64,000 nucleotides of DNA from contig DXJO01000006.1 of assembly GCA_019057475.1 (NCBI GenBank), forward strand, positions 160,001 to 224,000, given 5' to 3'. Source of the DNA: Candidatus Thorarchaeota archaeon. GTDB lineage: Archaea > Asgardarchaeota > Thorarchaeia > Thorarchaeales > Thorarchaeaceae. The notes beneath the pieces are model-generated. The model ran no database searches and had not been told where the DNA came from. It saw only the letters and a list, made by a program, of their open reading frames with translations. The position numbers and the translations under genes are program-made. Shown here in pieces: positions 55,289-64,000 of this stretch (positions are counted from its first letter, which is position 1; each line of letters starts with the position of its first letter).

Positions 55289-56458
55289 TTGCAGACATTG
55301 AAAGGAATCAATGCACTTGAGCGAATTGAAGAGCGCTATCTCGCACTTCGCAAGCTCCTTACCGATTTGGTTGCTAATTCATCCTCCAGCACGCAGATTA
55401 TGTCTGCATTACACAAGATTGGAGAAATCGCAAAAGGGATGGCTTCTATCGGCGTATACATTGGGCCTGGCGAGTGGATTGCGCTGAATCCTACGGACAA
55501 AAGAGCGAACTGGCGGCCTGCCGAGAGGAGTGAAGCAGACCTCTTCACAAAAGCAATGAACGTGAGCACAGTGGAGTTCTGTGAAGGGCAATCCAGTTCC
55601 AGTCCTCTGATAGCAGTGTCCTCCGAAGGTCAAACTCCGTTGGTCTTGGTTATCACTGACATAAAGGATTCAAAATGGTCAGATTCGACTATCGAAGGCT
55701 TCAAGGAACTCATGCTTCCTCTCAGCTTAGCTGTCCAATATGCAATGTCACTTCAAGAGGCCAAGCGGTCAGCACGCCAGACAGATCTACTTCTTGACCT
55801 TCTTCTCCACGACATCAGGAATTTTATCAGCATAACTCGAACCTCCCTGGAATTCCTAGAGATCGACTCCAGCAATGTGAACACAAGAGAGGAACATATC
55901 GCAATCGCATTAGACCAGACCGACGGCATAACCAACTTGCTTGCACGTGTGAAAGGCATTCTATCCAAGAAAGAACCAGGAGAATTGTCATCGGTGAATC
56001 TTATCGAAGCCTTGAGGGCGAGCATTAGCACCGTCACGTCACAGTATGGAAACGATATACTCGAGATTGGACTGAAAGACGAACTGGAAGATGGCACGCC
56101 CTTTGTGATTGCAGACCAGCTCTTATCGGAGGTCTTTGTGAACATTCTCACCAATGCAATCAAATACACAGAAGAAGATACCAAGTGGATTGAAATTGAT
56201 TGGAACCGCTGGAGTGTCAACCCCTCATTCGTTGTGATATCGTTCTCTGACAGAGGTAGGGGGATTCCAGAACACCTCAAATCCAAAGTTATCGGGCGTT
56301 TTGCCCTCGAAAGCAGCACGGGTATGGGTCTTGGACTAAATGTCATTTTGCGACTTGTTGAGCAATAGGCTGGGTATCTCTGGTTCGAGGATAGGGTTAA
56401 AGGTGACCATAGCCAAGGCACCGTAGTAAACGTCGCTCTTCGTTTAGCTGGCGATTAG
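55289..56458 (+). CDS. Sensor histidine kinase with in-frame TAG at 56366-56368 (pseudogene or read-through)
   Basis: H-box LLHDIRN, N-box NILTNAIKY, DRGRGI and GMGLGL; HATPase homology continues for 29 codons past the TAG (AGYLWFEDRVKGDHSQGTVVNVAL). Confidence 0.8.
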
Positions 56459-56481
56459 TTACAGGCACGGTCCTGAGTGAA

Positions 56482-57300
56482 TTACGGCTCAGGTGGAGGA
56501 ACTGTCAGCTGCGCTCGTTCATTGAACATCTCGCGCAGGAACAGACGCGACGTTATTAGAGCAGCAATCATGGCGGACAAGAAGATCATGATGAATATAA
56601 TGACTTGATAGATGGCGGCCTCGAGTGGATTTACACCTCCGATAATCATTCCGCTCATTAGCCCCGGAATACTCACGATGCCAAGAGACGCGTACCGGTT
56701 CAAATTCGGCAGCAAGCCGGACCTTATTGATTCACGAATTGTTAGCTCTGTTGCTTGCTTAGGCGTGGCGCCAAGAGCCAGGGCGGTTTCAAGGAGTGGT
56801 CTTTGCTTTTGGGCGTTTGACCACATCCTGTCGATAACCAAGCTGGTTAGACCCATGCAATTCCCGATGAGCATGCCACCCATTGGAATGATGAATTCCC
56901 CAGGACCCGACCGCCAATCGATAATTTCCAGTACAACTACAACGGCCATGACAGAGAGAGCGCCGACCAAGATTCCCGGGAGAGTTGCACGCATGACCCC
57001 GGGAATGCGTTCCAGATTGCTTCTTGTCGTATGGCCGGCAAAGACGCCCATGAACGTCAGCACACCAAAAATGACAATCAAATCAGAGAGGGCAAAGATG
57101 TAGACCAGAATCAAGGCCATCAATATGATTTGAATTGTACCCCGAATCGTGCCTACGATCAGTTTGTGTCCTATGCCGATTCCTTGCCATTTTGTTACTA
57201 TGATAAGGACAGCCAGCAGTATCATCGCGGCGGCGTAGCGTTGGAGCATCACAGTGTACTGCTCTGGAATCTGAAATAGGGCGAATAGATCTAATTGCAT
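56482..57300 (-). CDS. fetB: FetB/UPF0014 ABC permease
   Basis: R.TIQ, IIPMGGMLIGN, ALALGAT, GIVSIPGLMSGMIIGG and YQVII motifs. Confidence 0.9.
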   Translation of the reverse strand: MQLDLFALFQIPEQYTVMLQRYAAAMILLAVLIIVTKWQGIGIGHKLIVGTIRGTIQIILMALILVYIFALSDLIVIFGVLTFMGVFAGHTTRSNLERIPGVMRATLPGILVGALSVMAVVVVLEIIDWRSGPGEFIIPMGGMLIGNCMGLTSLVIDRMWSNAQKQRPLLETALALGATPKQATELTIRESIRSGLLPNLNRYASLGIVSIPGLMSGMIIGGVNPLEAAIYQVIIFIMIFLSAMIAALITSRLFLREMFNERAQLTVPPPEP

Positions 57301-57301
57301 T

Positions 57302-57955
57302 CTAGGACGCCTCCGATAGGTTTTCCAACTCTAGGACTCTAGAGGTGAAACGTTCTGCCTGCTCTTTGTTGTGTGTCACAATCAAGACGCCCATCTGGTG
57401 ATCACTCAGAAGACTATTGATTGTCTTCTCCACGGCCAACGCCGAATCTGTATCGAGGGCAGAAGTAGGTTCATCGAGGAGTAGCACATTGGGTTTGAGC
57501 AGGAGTGCGCGAGCTATTGCCACGCGTTGTTTTTGACCACCTGAGAGGTTCTCAGCATTACCATCCAAGTCTATTGGCCAGAGCTGAACCTCCCGCAGTA
57601 TTGCTTTCAGTTGTTCATCCTCAGTGGTCATCCCGTGAACCTTTAACCCCCACACGAGATTCGCTCTAACCGTGCCGGGAAACATCTTGGCTTCTTGGGG
57701 GACCATCACTACTCTCCGACGTAGCTCTTGAGGATTCCATTCTCTAACATCCTTCTCTTGAAACCGCACACTTCCGGAAGTGGGTGACAGGAGATCGTTG
57801 ACGATTCGAAGCAGTGTACTCTTCCCACATCCAGAAGGTCCAGTGATTCCATAGGTTTCATTGTGGTGCAAGATAAGAGAAACATTCCTCAGTACTTGCT
57901 TCCCTTCAAATGCCATAGAAACCTTCTCTAGCTCTAGTATCGGAGCGTCAGGCAT
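57302..57955 (-). CDS. fetA: FetA-like ABC ATP-binding protein
   Basis: GPSGCGKST, LSGGQKQR and LLDEPTSALD; adjacent to fetB. Confidence 0.88.
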   Translation of the reverse strand: MPDAPILELEKVSMAFEGKQVLRNVSLILHHNETYGITGPSGCGKSTLLRIVNDLLSPTSGSVRFQEKDVREWNPQELRRRVVMVPQEAKMFPGTVRANLVWGLKVHGMTTEDEQLKAILREVQLWPIDLDGNAENLSGGQKQRVAIARALLLKPNVLLLDEPTSALDTDSALAVEKTINSLLSDHQMGVLIVTHNKEQAERFTSRVLELENLSEAS

Positions 57956-58077
57956 AGATATTTCAATCCTAGATACTAACGGATTGCATCGTTGTTAAAA
58001 CTGCTAGTATCAGTAACTTGGTACCATAATGGTCATAAGGCAAGCTCTTAGTTCGCTCTTGCTGAGTGTGAAACTGG

Positions 58078-58875
58078 ATGGATGAATCTGACGCTGAACA
58101 GGATATGGTGCTGATTGAAGGAAGATCAGAAACCATCCGAATTGTTGTTGGAGTTGTTCTTGCGGCCCTTTATGCGGTTTTGGCACTTCTTCCTATGAGT
58201 GGCTTTGTGGGGGCTGGAGGCATCACTAGTATCCTGAGCTTCGCAGTTATCATTGCACCTCTCTTCGGATTGCTGCTTGGACCAACCAGGGGTTTTGTCT
58301 TCGGTTTGATAGCTGGAATACTAGCGTATGTAGTGACTCTGCCCGTCGGTACAAGCGTCTACATATTGCTGCCACTAACAATCCTAGGTCCGGCAGTCGC
58401 CGGGCTTTTCACAGGGCTCGCGATGAGGAGAATTACCAAGATTCGAGGCGTTCGCCTGCCTGGCCCAATCTTGACAGCGCTATTTCTAGCTGCAATAATC
58501 GTGCTGTACGAGATTCCCAACCACAGCGCCTGGTGGTTCATGACGCCCTACATGCTCGCATTGATTATTGTGTTGCTCCTGCAGGTGAGAAGCATTGAAT
58601 TCAATCCTGATAGGCAAGGGCCCTTGAGGTACCTGCAGCTCCTTCCGTACACATTCATCGGCGCGATGCTTGACCACTCTATGATGGCGATGGGCTCTGT
58701 GTATCTCTTGACACTGGAGCCAGCGGTCTTTGGTTTCGTTATATTTCCGTTGATGCTGTTGGAGCGTGGGCTTGCGGCGATTGTCGGTGCCATGGTCGCA
58801 TCTGTTGTGCTGGGCGCATTCCGCAACGAGGTGTGGATCAAAATTCAGGTTTCCTCGGCTGAATCCAGTGTCTGA
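58078..58875 (+). CDS. ECF transporter S-component-like membrane protein
   Basis: AALYAVL...APLFGLLLGP..G and C-terminal ER motif; multi-TM. Confidence 0.65.
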   Translation: MDESDAEQDMVLIEGRSETIRIVVGVVLAALYAVLALLPMSGFVGAGGITSILSFAVIIAPLFGLLLGPTRGFVFGLIAGILAYVVTLPVGTSVYILLPLTILGPAVAGLFTGLAMRRITKIRGVRLPGPILTALFLAAIIVLYEIPNHSAWWFMTPYMLALIIVLLLQVRSIEFNPDRQGPLRYLQLLPYTFIGAMLDHSMMAMGSVYLLTLEPAVFGFVIFPLMLLERGLAAIVGAMVASVVLGAFRNEVWIKIQVSSAESSV

Positions 58876-59468
58876 ATAACAATCTCAATTGCTCGGACGA
58901 TGCTTTCGAGGGGCATTGTGGCAAGCTCCATCTTATCCTTCTCAAGGGCTTGAGAGGGCAGCGGTGGCAAGTGTATGAACGTGACACGCGCGCGAATCTT
59001 GCCTGTCGCAATTCTGTGGAGGATACTGAATAAAATCCAATTGCATCCATATGTTCCTGCGTGATAGCTGACGTAAGCAGGAATTCCCTCACTTTTAAGA
59101 GCCTCTACAAGTGGATGAGGGTCAATGTTTGCGTAGTAGGCCGCCGGTGCATCTGCATCAATCACATCAGTTTCCGGAGTGTTTCCCCAGTTATCAGCGC
59201 GCTTTGTGCCCAATGCGTTGATAGCAATGCGTTCAATGGATACCGTAGCTCTGCTGGCTTGGCCACAACACAAGATGACCTGTGGGTTATGAGCAGCCAA
59301 CAGCTCCTCAAGCTTATCCAAGGCTGTCGCATAGTCGAGCGGAAGGGTAGCCCCTACGATGTCGTATCCTGCAATCTTTCGCCCACTGATTGCCTTCACT
59401 AGTTCATCTGAGGGGTTTATGCTGTATCCATTAAAGGGCTCGAACCCTGTAGCAAGCAGTTTTGACAT
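58845..59468 (-). CDS. pcp: Pyroglutamyl-peptidase I
   Basis: TGFEPF..NPS, ERIAIN, AGTYGCN and FIHLP motifs. Confidence 0.93.
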   Translation of the reverse strand: MSKLLATGFEPFNGYSINPSDELVKAISGRKIAGYDIVGATLPLDYATALDKLEELLAAHNPQVILCCGQASRATVSIERIAINALGTKRADNWGNTPETDVIDADAPAAYYANIDPHPLVEALKSEGIPAYVSYHAGTYGCNWILFSILHRIATGKIRARVTFIHLPPLPSQALEKDKMELATMPLESIVRAIEIVIQTLDSAEET

Positions 59469-59634
59469 CCATCCACTTCATTTCATAGCATTGTGATCGT
59501 GTTTCGTCATATACGCAACCAGATATCGAAGCAGAGGGATATTGATATAATGCATCCTATCAGTCTTGCAGCACCTCTAGAGGAGATAGGAAAAGGGAAA
59601 TCTCGCTCATAGAGCCAGCCCCCTTCAACTTAAG

Positions 59635-62600
59635 CTAACTGCCACCTCGTTTTCTCAGGAAAATTACGATCCCAATCATTAGCACAACTAAGCCTGCTGA
59701 GATTCCCAAAATCATGCCGAAATCAAAGATTGGAGTTGTCGTTTCTGTGGGCGTCGTGGGCGTTGGTGGCGTTTCGACAGGCTCCGTATACGGATTTACT
59801 GTGACAATGACCTCGTCAGATACTAAATTTCCGCCATAGTCAATGACCACGATTGTGACATTGTAGACTCCTTGTGCCCAGTTGCTAATTCCCATCTCTA
59901 TGGGGTAGCCTGAACTCCAAACTCCCGAGCGGAAGACGACACCATCTCGGTATATCAGGAATTCATGCGGATGGTCGTCTGTTGCCGTCCACTCAATCAT
60001 GAGACCATAGTCTTCTTCGCCTTCAGTGTATTCGACGTCATCAGGATGACTGATCTCTGGCAAAATGCTGTCTGTCACCGTGATGCTAAAGATGACTGAC
60101 GCGTAATTGTCGTAAGGGTCAAATGCTCTGACCTCTAACCAAAATACGCCGGGCCACCACAATGAAGATGAGTTGGTAATCACGCCAGAGGAGTCTATGT
60201 AAAACTGCTCCGTGACATTCAGCCACCATTGATCAATGCCAGATGGGTCAGTTGCGTTCAAATCGTACCGAAATTCATCAGTGTACTCTACAGTCTGATC
60301 CGTAGGTAATGGATGCCATTCAGGGCCTGTCGTATCCTCCACAGTCACTGTGAAGACTGCTACGAGCTCAAAGCCTTGGAAATTCATTCCTGATACGCGT
60401 AGCTCGTATGCACCAACCGCTAGCGGAGTGATGTTTGTAATAACCCAGTTCCCATCAATGGTGAAATGAACTATGTCGCTAACCACCATGTTCAGGGGTT
60501 CAGGAGCAGTAGCATTCAGGTCGTACCGGAAGCTATGGTCGAACTCGACTATTTGATCTACAGGTTCTTCCACCCATGATGAGGGCAGTTCTGGAAAACC
60601 GGGTGTCATTAATGGATACTGATCCTCGTTGCTAGCGCTACCTGGAATTGGGTGAGGTGTATCCCCAATCCCATCTGCATTGCCGTCAGAGCCAGTATAG
60701 TTCAACCAGTAGTTATGGTGGATGAAGTTATCTTCTCCGTCATCAACCGCGTTGTTGGAATTATTCGCAAAGGTGTTCCAGAAAATTGAGCACTTGATTG
60801 CACGATCATCAATGTAGAGTCCATACCTGGTGTTGTTGGCACATGTGTTGTTCATCAGTGTGGCAAACTCGTAATACTCAATGGAGATGCCATCACGACT
60901 GTTGTTAAAGCAGAAGTTGTCCACAATCAGGATGTACGATGAATAGAAACCCCCTACATGGATCCCATCAAAGCTATTGTTGACGCACGTATTGTTCGAG
61001 ATTATGCCCCCCACGATATTACCCATTACAATACCAGTGGAGCCATTGCTGCATGTGTTGTTATCAACTGTCGTGTAGTCACAATTGCTACGGATACTGA
61101 TGCTGGTGCTGGGAGTTGTAACGGTATTGTTTGCAATAACGCAGTGTTCTGAATCCTCCAAGTGGATCCCAACTCCACAGTTACCGATAAGATTGCCAGC
61201 GACTGTGACCCATTCGGAGTATTCGAGTTTGATACCCTCCCAAAGGTTATCGCAACAGGTATTATTCAATGCGGAGCTGTAGTCAGCATTTCGCAAGGTC
61301 ATCCCTGTGCCATCGTTGTATTGGCATGTGTTGTTTACAATAGCGCTTCCGTGACTCGAGTGGATTCGAATTCCCTCATCGTAATTCCAACTGCAATTAT
61401 TGTTAGCAATAGTGTTGTTTTCCCCAACTAAATCGTAGATGCCGCGATAATTGCGCATGCACGTATTATTAGCCACGGTGTTGAATGTGCTTTCATCAGT
61501 GGAACCAACATTCGCAGAGATATAGATACCAGTCCGTAGATTGTCGGTACACGTATTATTGGCAACTAGATTGTGTGGACCACATCGTTCCAAGTTGATG
61601 CCATGAATGCAATTCGTGACTGTATTATTAGTGACTGTAGAATAATTCGAACGCACCAACTGAATACCAACTGAGCAGTTAGCCATAGTCTGATCTTCAA
61701 CAACTATACCGGAACACGCAACAATGATGATTTGTCCAGCTTCCGCTGGGACGATTTCCCCAACCTGATCCTGCAGGTATACTAACGGAAGACCATTGAC
61801 AGTGTTATCAGTGACTTGCTCCTGCCGGACAAAAATTTCAAAACGGGGTTCCAGAAACAAGCCGCAGCCTATCATGGTGTTGTTGGCGACAGTATTGCCA
61901 CCCGACTCGTGTAGCAGTATCGCATACTTTCCATTGTCGATGAAAGTGCTGTTGGCAATAGTATTGTCATTGCAATAATGACCAATACTTATCCCCGTGT
62001 CGCCATTCTCAGTGAACGTGTTGTTGTAGATAGTGTGAGAGCCATTATATAACATGTAGATGCCTACGTCGTCTTGCATGAATCTATTGCTGGAAACATT
62101 GACATCGCTTGAGTGATCCAAATAGAGACCATAGGCATTACCAATGAACGTATTGTTGTAGATTGAAAATCCAGGGGTGTGTTCTATAGCTATCCCGAAG
62201 TTGCAGCTCGTAAGAGTGTTGTTGATTATCGCTGCTGAACCACAATCCTGCATGCGCATTCCGTAGGTATTGTCTTCACAGAGATTGCTGACCAGTTGTG
62301 CGTTACTCACATTCAGTAGGTGGATGCCTATTCCGCCGGCTCCTCCATTATCCCGCACAGTGCAATTCAGAATGATGAAGTGAGCTCGTGTATTCCATAT
62401 AGCAATGCAGTCATCACTTCCTCCCGTGATGTTGTAGTTCTCGATGCGGTATGGGTCTTCATCTGTACCTGCTCCAGGCCACCCTTGACTAGCGAAATCT
62501 GCATCACCATTAATCGATATGACTGCATGCGGTATATGCCCAGCTGTAGCGATTTTCTTGGTGAATGTAATTCGATTAGTATCCACCTCTTCCGAGATGG

Positions 62601-62703
62601 CAATTTCAGGAGGGATAGTCAATAGAAGAAGTCCAAAGATTGCAATGATGGTCAGTGAATTCGCTATCCCTCCATGCTTAGTGGTAACTCCACAAATACG
62701 CAT
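59635..62703 (-). CDS. Surface protein with NosD/right-handed beta-helix repeats and Ig-like stalk
   Basis: GAGTDEDPYRIE; many xxNNTCxxN repeats; NYW...D.NADGIGDTP; C-terminal Thr/Pro linker plus TM. Confidence 0.9.
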   Translation of the reverse strand: MRICGVTTKHGGIANSLTIIAIFGLLLLTIPPEIAISEEVDTNRITFTKKIATAGHIPHAVISINGDADFASQGWPGAGTDEDPYRIENYNITGGSDDCIAIWNTRAHFIILNCTVRDNGGAGGIGIHLLNVSNAQLVSNLCEDNTYGMRMQDCGSAAIINNTLTSCNFGIAIEHTPGFSIYNNTFIGNAYGLYLDHSSDVNVSSNRFMQDDVGIYMLYNGSHTIYNNTFTENGDTGISIGHYCNDNTIANSTFIDNGKYAILLHESGGNTVANNTMIGCGLFLEPRFEIFVRQEQVTDNTVNGLPLVYLQDQVGEIVPAEAGQIIIVACSGIVVEDQTMANCSVGIQLVRSNYSTVTNNTVTNCIHGINLERCGPHNLVANNTCTDNLRTGIYISANVGSTDESTFNTVANNTCMRNYRGIYDLVGENNTIANNNCSWNYDEGIRIHSSHGSAIVNNTCQYNDGTGMTLRNADYSSALNNTCCDNLWEGIKLEYSEWVTVAGNLIGNCGVGIHLEDSEHCVIANNTVTTPSTSISIRSNCDYTTVDNNTCSNGSTGIVMGNIVGGIISNNTCVNNSFDGIHVGGFYSSYILIVDNFCFNNSRDGISIEYYEFATLMNNTCANNTRYGLYIDDRAIKCSIFWNTFANNSNNAVDDGEDNFIHHNYWLNYTGSDGNADGIGDTPHPIPGSASNEDQYPLMTPGFPELPSSWVEEPVDQIVEFDHSFRYDLNATAPEPLNMVVSDIVHFTIDGNWVITNITPLAVGAYELRVSGMNFQGFELVAVFTVTVEDTTGPEWHPLPTDQTVEYTDEFRYDLNATDPSGIDQWWLNVTEQFYIDSSGVITNSSSLWWPGVFWLEVRAFDPYDNYASVIFSITVTDSILPEISHPDDVEYTEGEEDYGLMIEWTATDDHPHEFLIYRDGVVFRSGVWSSGYPIEMGISNWAQGVYNVTIVVIDYGGNLVSDEVIVTVNPYTEPVETPPTPTTPTETTTPIFDFGMILGISAGLVVLMIGIVIFLRKRGGS

Positions 62704-62809
62704 GGCTTCTACCTTCCTCTCTTCGTAGTGTTGAACAACTGGCCGCGAAGCTATTAAGTTTTATCGAAATCGAAGCCCTGCCCGACAAGTCACCAATTGC
62801 TTCTTCATA

Positions 62810-62852
62810 AAGAAAAAGGGGGTGCCCCACGGGTCTAAGAAGCGACCCGGGG
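62810..62852 (-). terminator. Stem-loop plus C/U tract
   Basis: Minus strand CCCCGGGTC-gcttctta-GACCCGTGGGG, then CACCCCCTTTTTCT. Confidence 0.55.
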
Positions 62853-62899
62853 AGCTCACAGCAGCTCCTTTGCAGGGTGACCGCTCTGATTTGTACTAC

Positions 62900-64000
62900 T
62901 TAGCTCTTTCCTCGTTTTTTCATGACTATGACTATCACGATTATCGCAACAACTCCACCAGCAGCACCGATCATGATAATCAAAGTCATGAGATCCAATG
63001 GGACCCCGGTGTCAGTCGTACCTGTCGTCGTGGTTGTAGTTGTGGTTGTTGTAGTCACAGCTTCGGTCACGGTGACAATCACTGTATCACTCGTCAATCG
63101 ACCTTCGCGGTCGTATACAGTACAGGTATAATTGTAGGTTCCAACTTCAAGTCCATCAAGAGAGATTACTATATTCCCTCCGTCCCAAGTGTCTGACTCA
63201 AAGACAGACCCATTCTCTAAGACCTGATAGGTTGCTGGGTCGGTATCAAAGACAACCCATGTGAGTTCGTTACCCGTACTATCCTCTTCTATCGACATGT
63301 CCGAAGGTCCTTCAATGGTTGGCGCTATTATATTCTGAACAGTCACCTCCACACTGTCCATGGTAGATCGGCCATTCATATCGAATAAGACAATACTATG
63401 ATTGTGTATCCCGACTGTCATGTACGGAGTTAGATTATGAACAATGCGATGACCAGCCTCCCAGGAGCCACTACCCACATTTACTCCATCAACGAAGATG
63501 ATGTAGTTGGTTGGATAATTACCAGACGCCACCCACTGAATGGTGGGGCTTGTGGCATCTTCAGGCAAGTCCAAGTCAGGAGGACTAGATACAATTGGAT
63601 CACGACCAAGCAGTGGCAGCACATCTGAGGAAACCAATTCTCCGCTCCCTATGGCAGTTCCGTATTCGACAATCATCCCACTGAATTTCAAAACTGAGAT
63701 GTAATACAAGCTACCACCGAGGACAGCTTCAAGAATATGAGTTTCATACCCATTCCAGCTCCCTTCTCCAGTAACGGTGGCAATTTGGTTCCAGAGTTGG
63801 AAACAGCTCTTGTCACCTATACTAGCAGCAGGACGCGCATCTTCAGTAATCGTTTCCTGATACGGAATACGTTCGGGTGCCGCCAGGTTAGTGAACCACA
63901 TGAAGCATGAGTGCAAAAAGTATGGTGTTACTGGCCATGTCTGACCTTCTTGTGAGATCCATCCGTTGAGAACATTCACAACAATCCAACTCTCAGAGAT
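62900..64000 (-). CDS. Surface-anchored Ig-repeat protein, 5' part outside the window
   Basis: Frame open to the window edge; two Ig-like repeats, poly-Thr linker, TM plus KKRGK. Confidence 0.85.
   Translation of the reverse strand: MSESWIVVNVLNGWISQEGQTWPVTPYFLHSCFMWFTNLAAPERIPYQETITEDARPAASIGDKSCFQLWNQIATVTGEGSWNGYETHILEAVLGGSLYYISVLKFSGMIVEYGTAIGSGELVSSDVLPLLGRDPIVSSPPDLDLPEDATSPTIQWVASGNYPTNYIIFVDGVNVGSGSWEAGHRIVHNLTPYMTVGIHNHSIVLFDMNGRSTMDSVEVTVQNIIAPTIEGPSDMSIEEDSTGNELTWVVFDTDPATYQVLENGSVFESDTWDGGNIVISLDGLEVGTYNYTCTVYDREGRLTSDTVIVTVTEAVTTTTTTTTTTTGTTDTGVPLDLMTLIIMIGAAGGVVAIIVIVIVMKKRGKS

Noticed and set aside
55753-56421. 222-aa antisense ORF and many similar shadow ORFs in the track
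   Set aside because: They lie opposite well-supported genes and have no motifs
60780-62300. CRISPR or DNA tandem repeat array (recurrent gttgtt/attatt)
   Set aside because: These are Asn-rich beta-helix coding repeats, not repeat-spacer units
63024-63060. Microsatellite (GTT/GTG/GTA)n
   Set aside because: Encodes the poly-Thr linker of the surface protein
1-64000. Genome-wide TAG recoding
   Set aside because: Many genes end at TAG exactly where homology ends or the next gene starts (e.g. 6862, 9678, 16515, 17269)

Overview
Gene-dense archaeal chromosomal window, most consistent with Asgard archaea (Thorarchaeia-like). The assignment is inferred from a profilin, two tandem Rab-like GTPases and large Ig-repeat, membrane-anchored surface enzymes. 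I found no rRNA, tRNA, CRISPR array or mobile element. Main blocks: (1) BMP-type nucleoside ABC importer whose ATPase carries an unusual hydrophobic insertion; (2) wHTH-membrane protein-profilin operon; (3) agmatinase-TrmB-GGR-M23-like-LipS2-LplA-LplB-FAH lipoylation operon; (4) coiled-coil/wHTH protein divergent from a Zn-ribbon/Pro-rich protein plus two Rab-like GTPases; (5) a GC-rich structured intergenic element before PhoU, an orphan MTase and a surface PLD; (6) a candidate membrane-protein targeting locus: CstA, two small hydrophobic paralogues, two Get3/ArsA ATPases (one catalytically degenerate), a tail-anchored microprotein and a divergently encoded CCDC47-like protein; (7) a 2652-aa surface gingipain-like C25 protease; (8) pfkA, corA, an FAD oxidoreductase, an ExeM/NucH nuclease, a histidine kinase with an in-frame amber codon, FetAB, pcp and beta-helix surface proteins. 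All family assignments are by-eye motif recognition; no searches were run.
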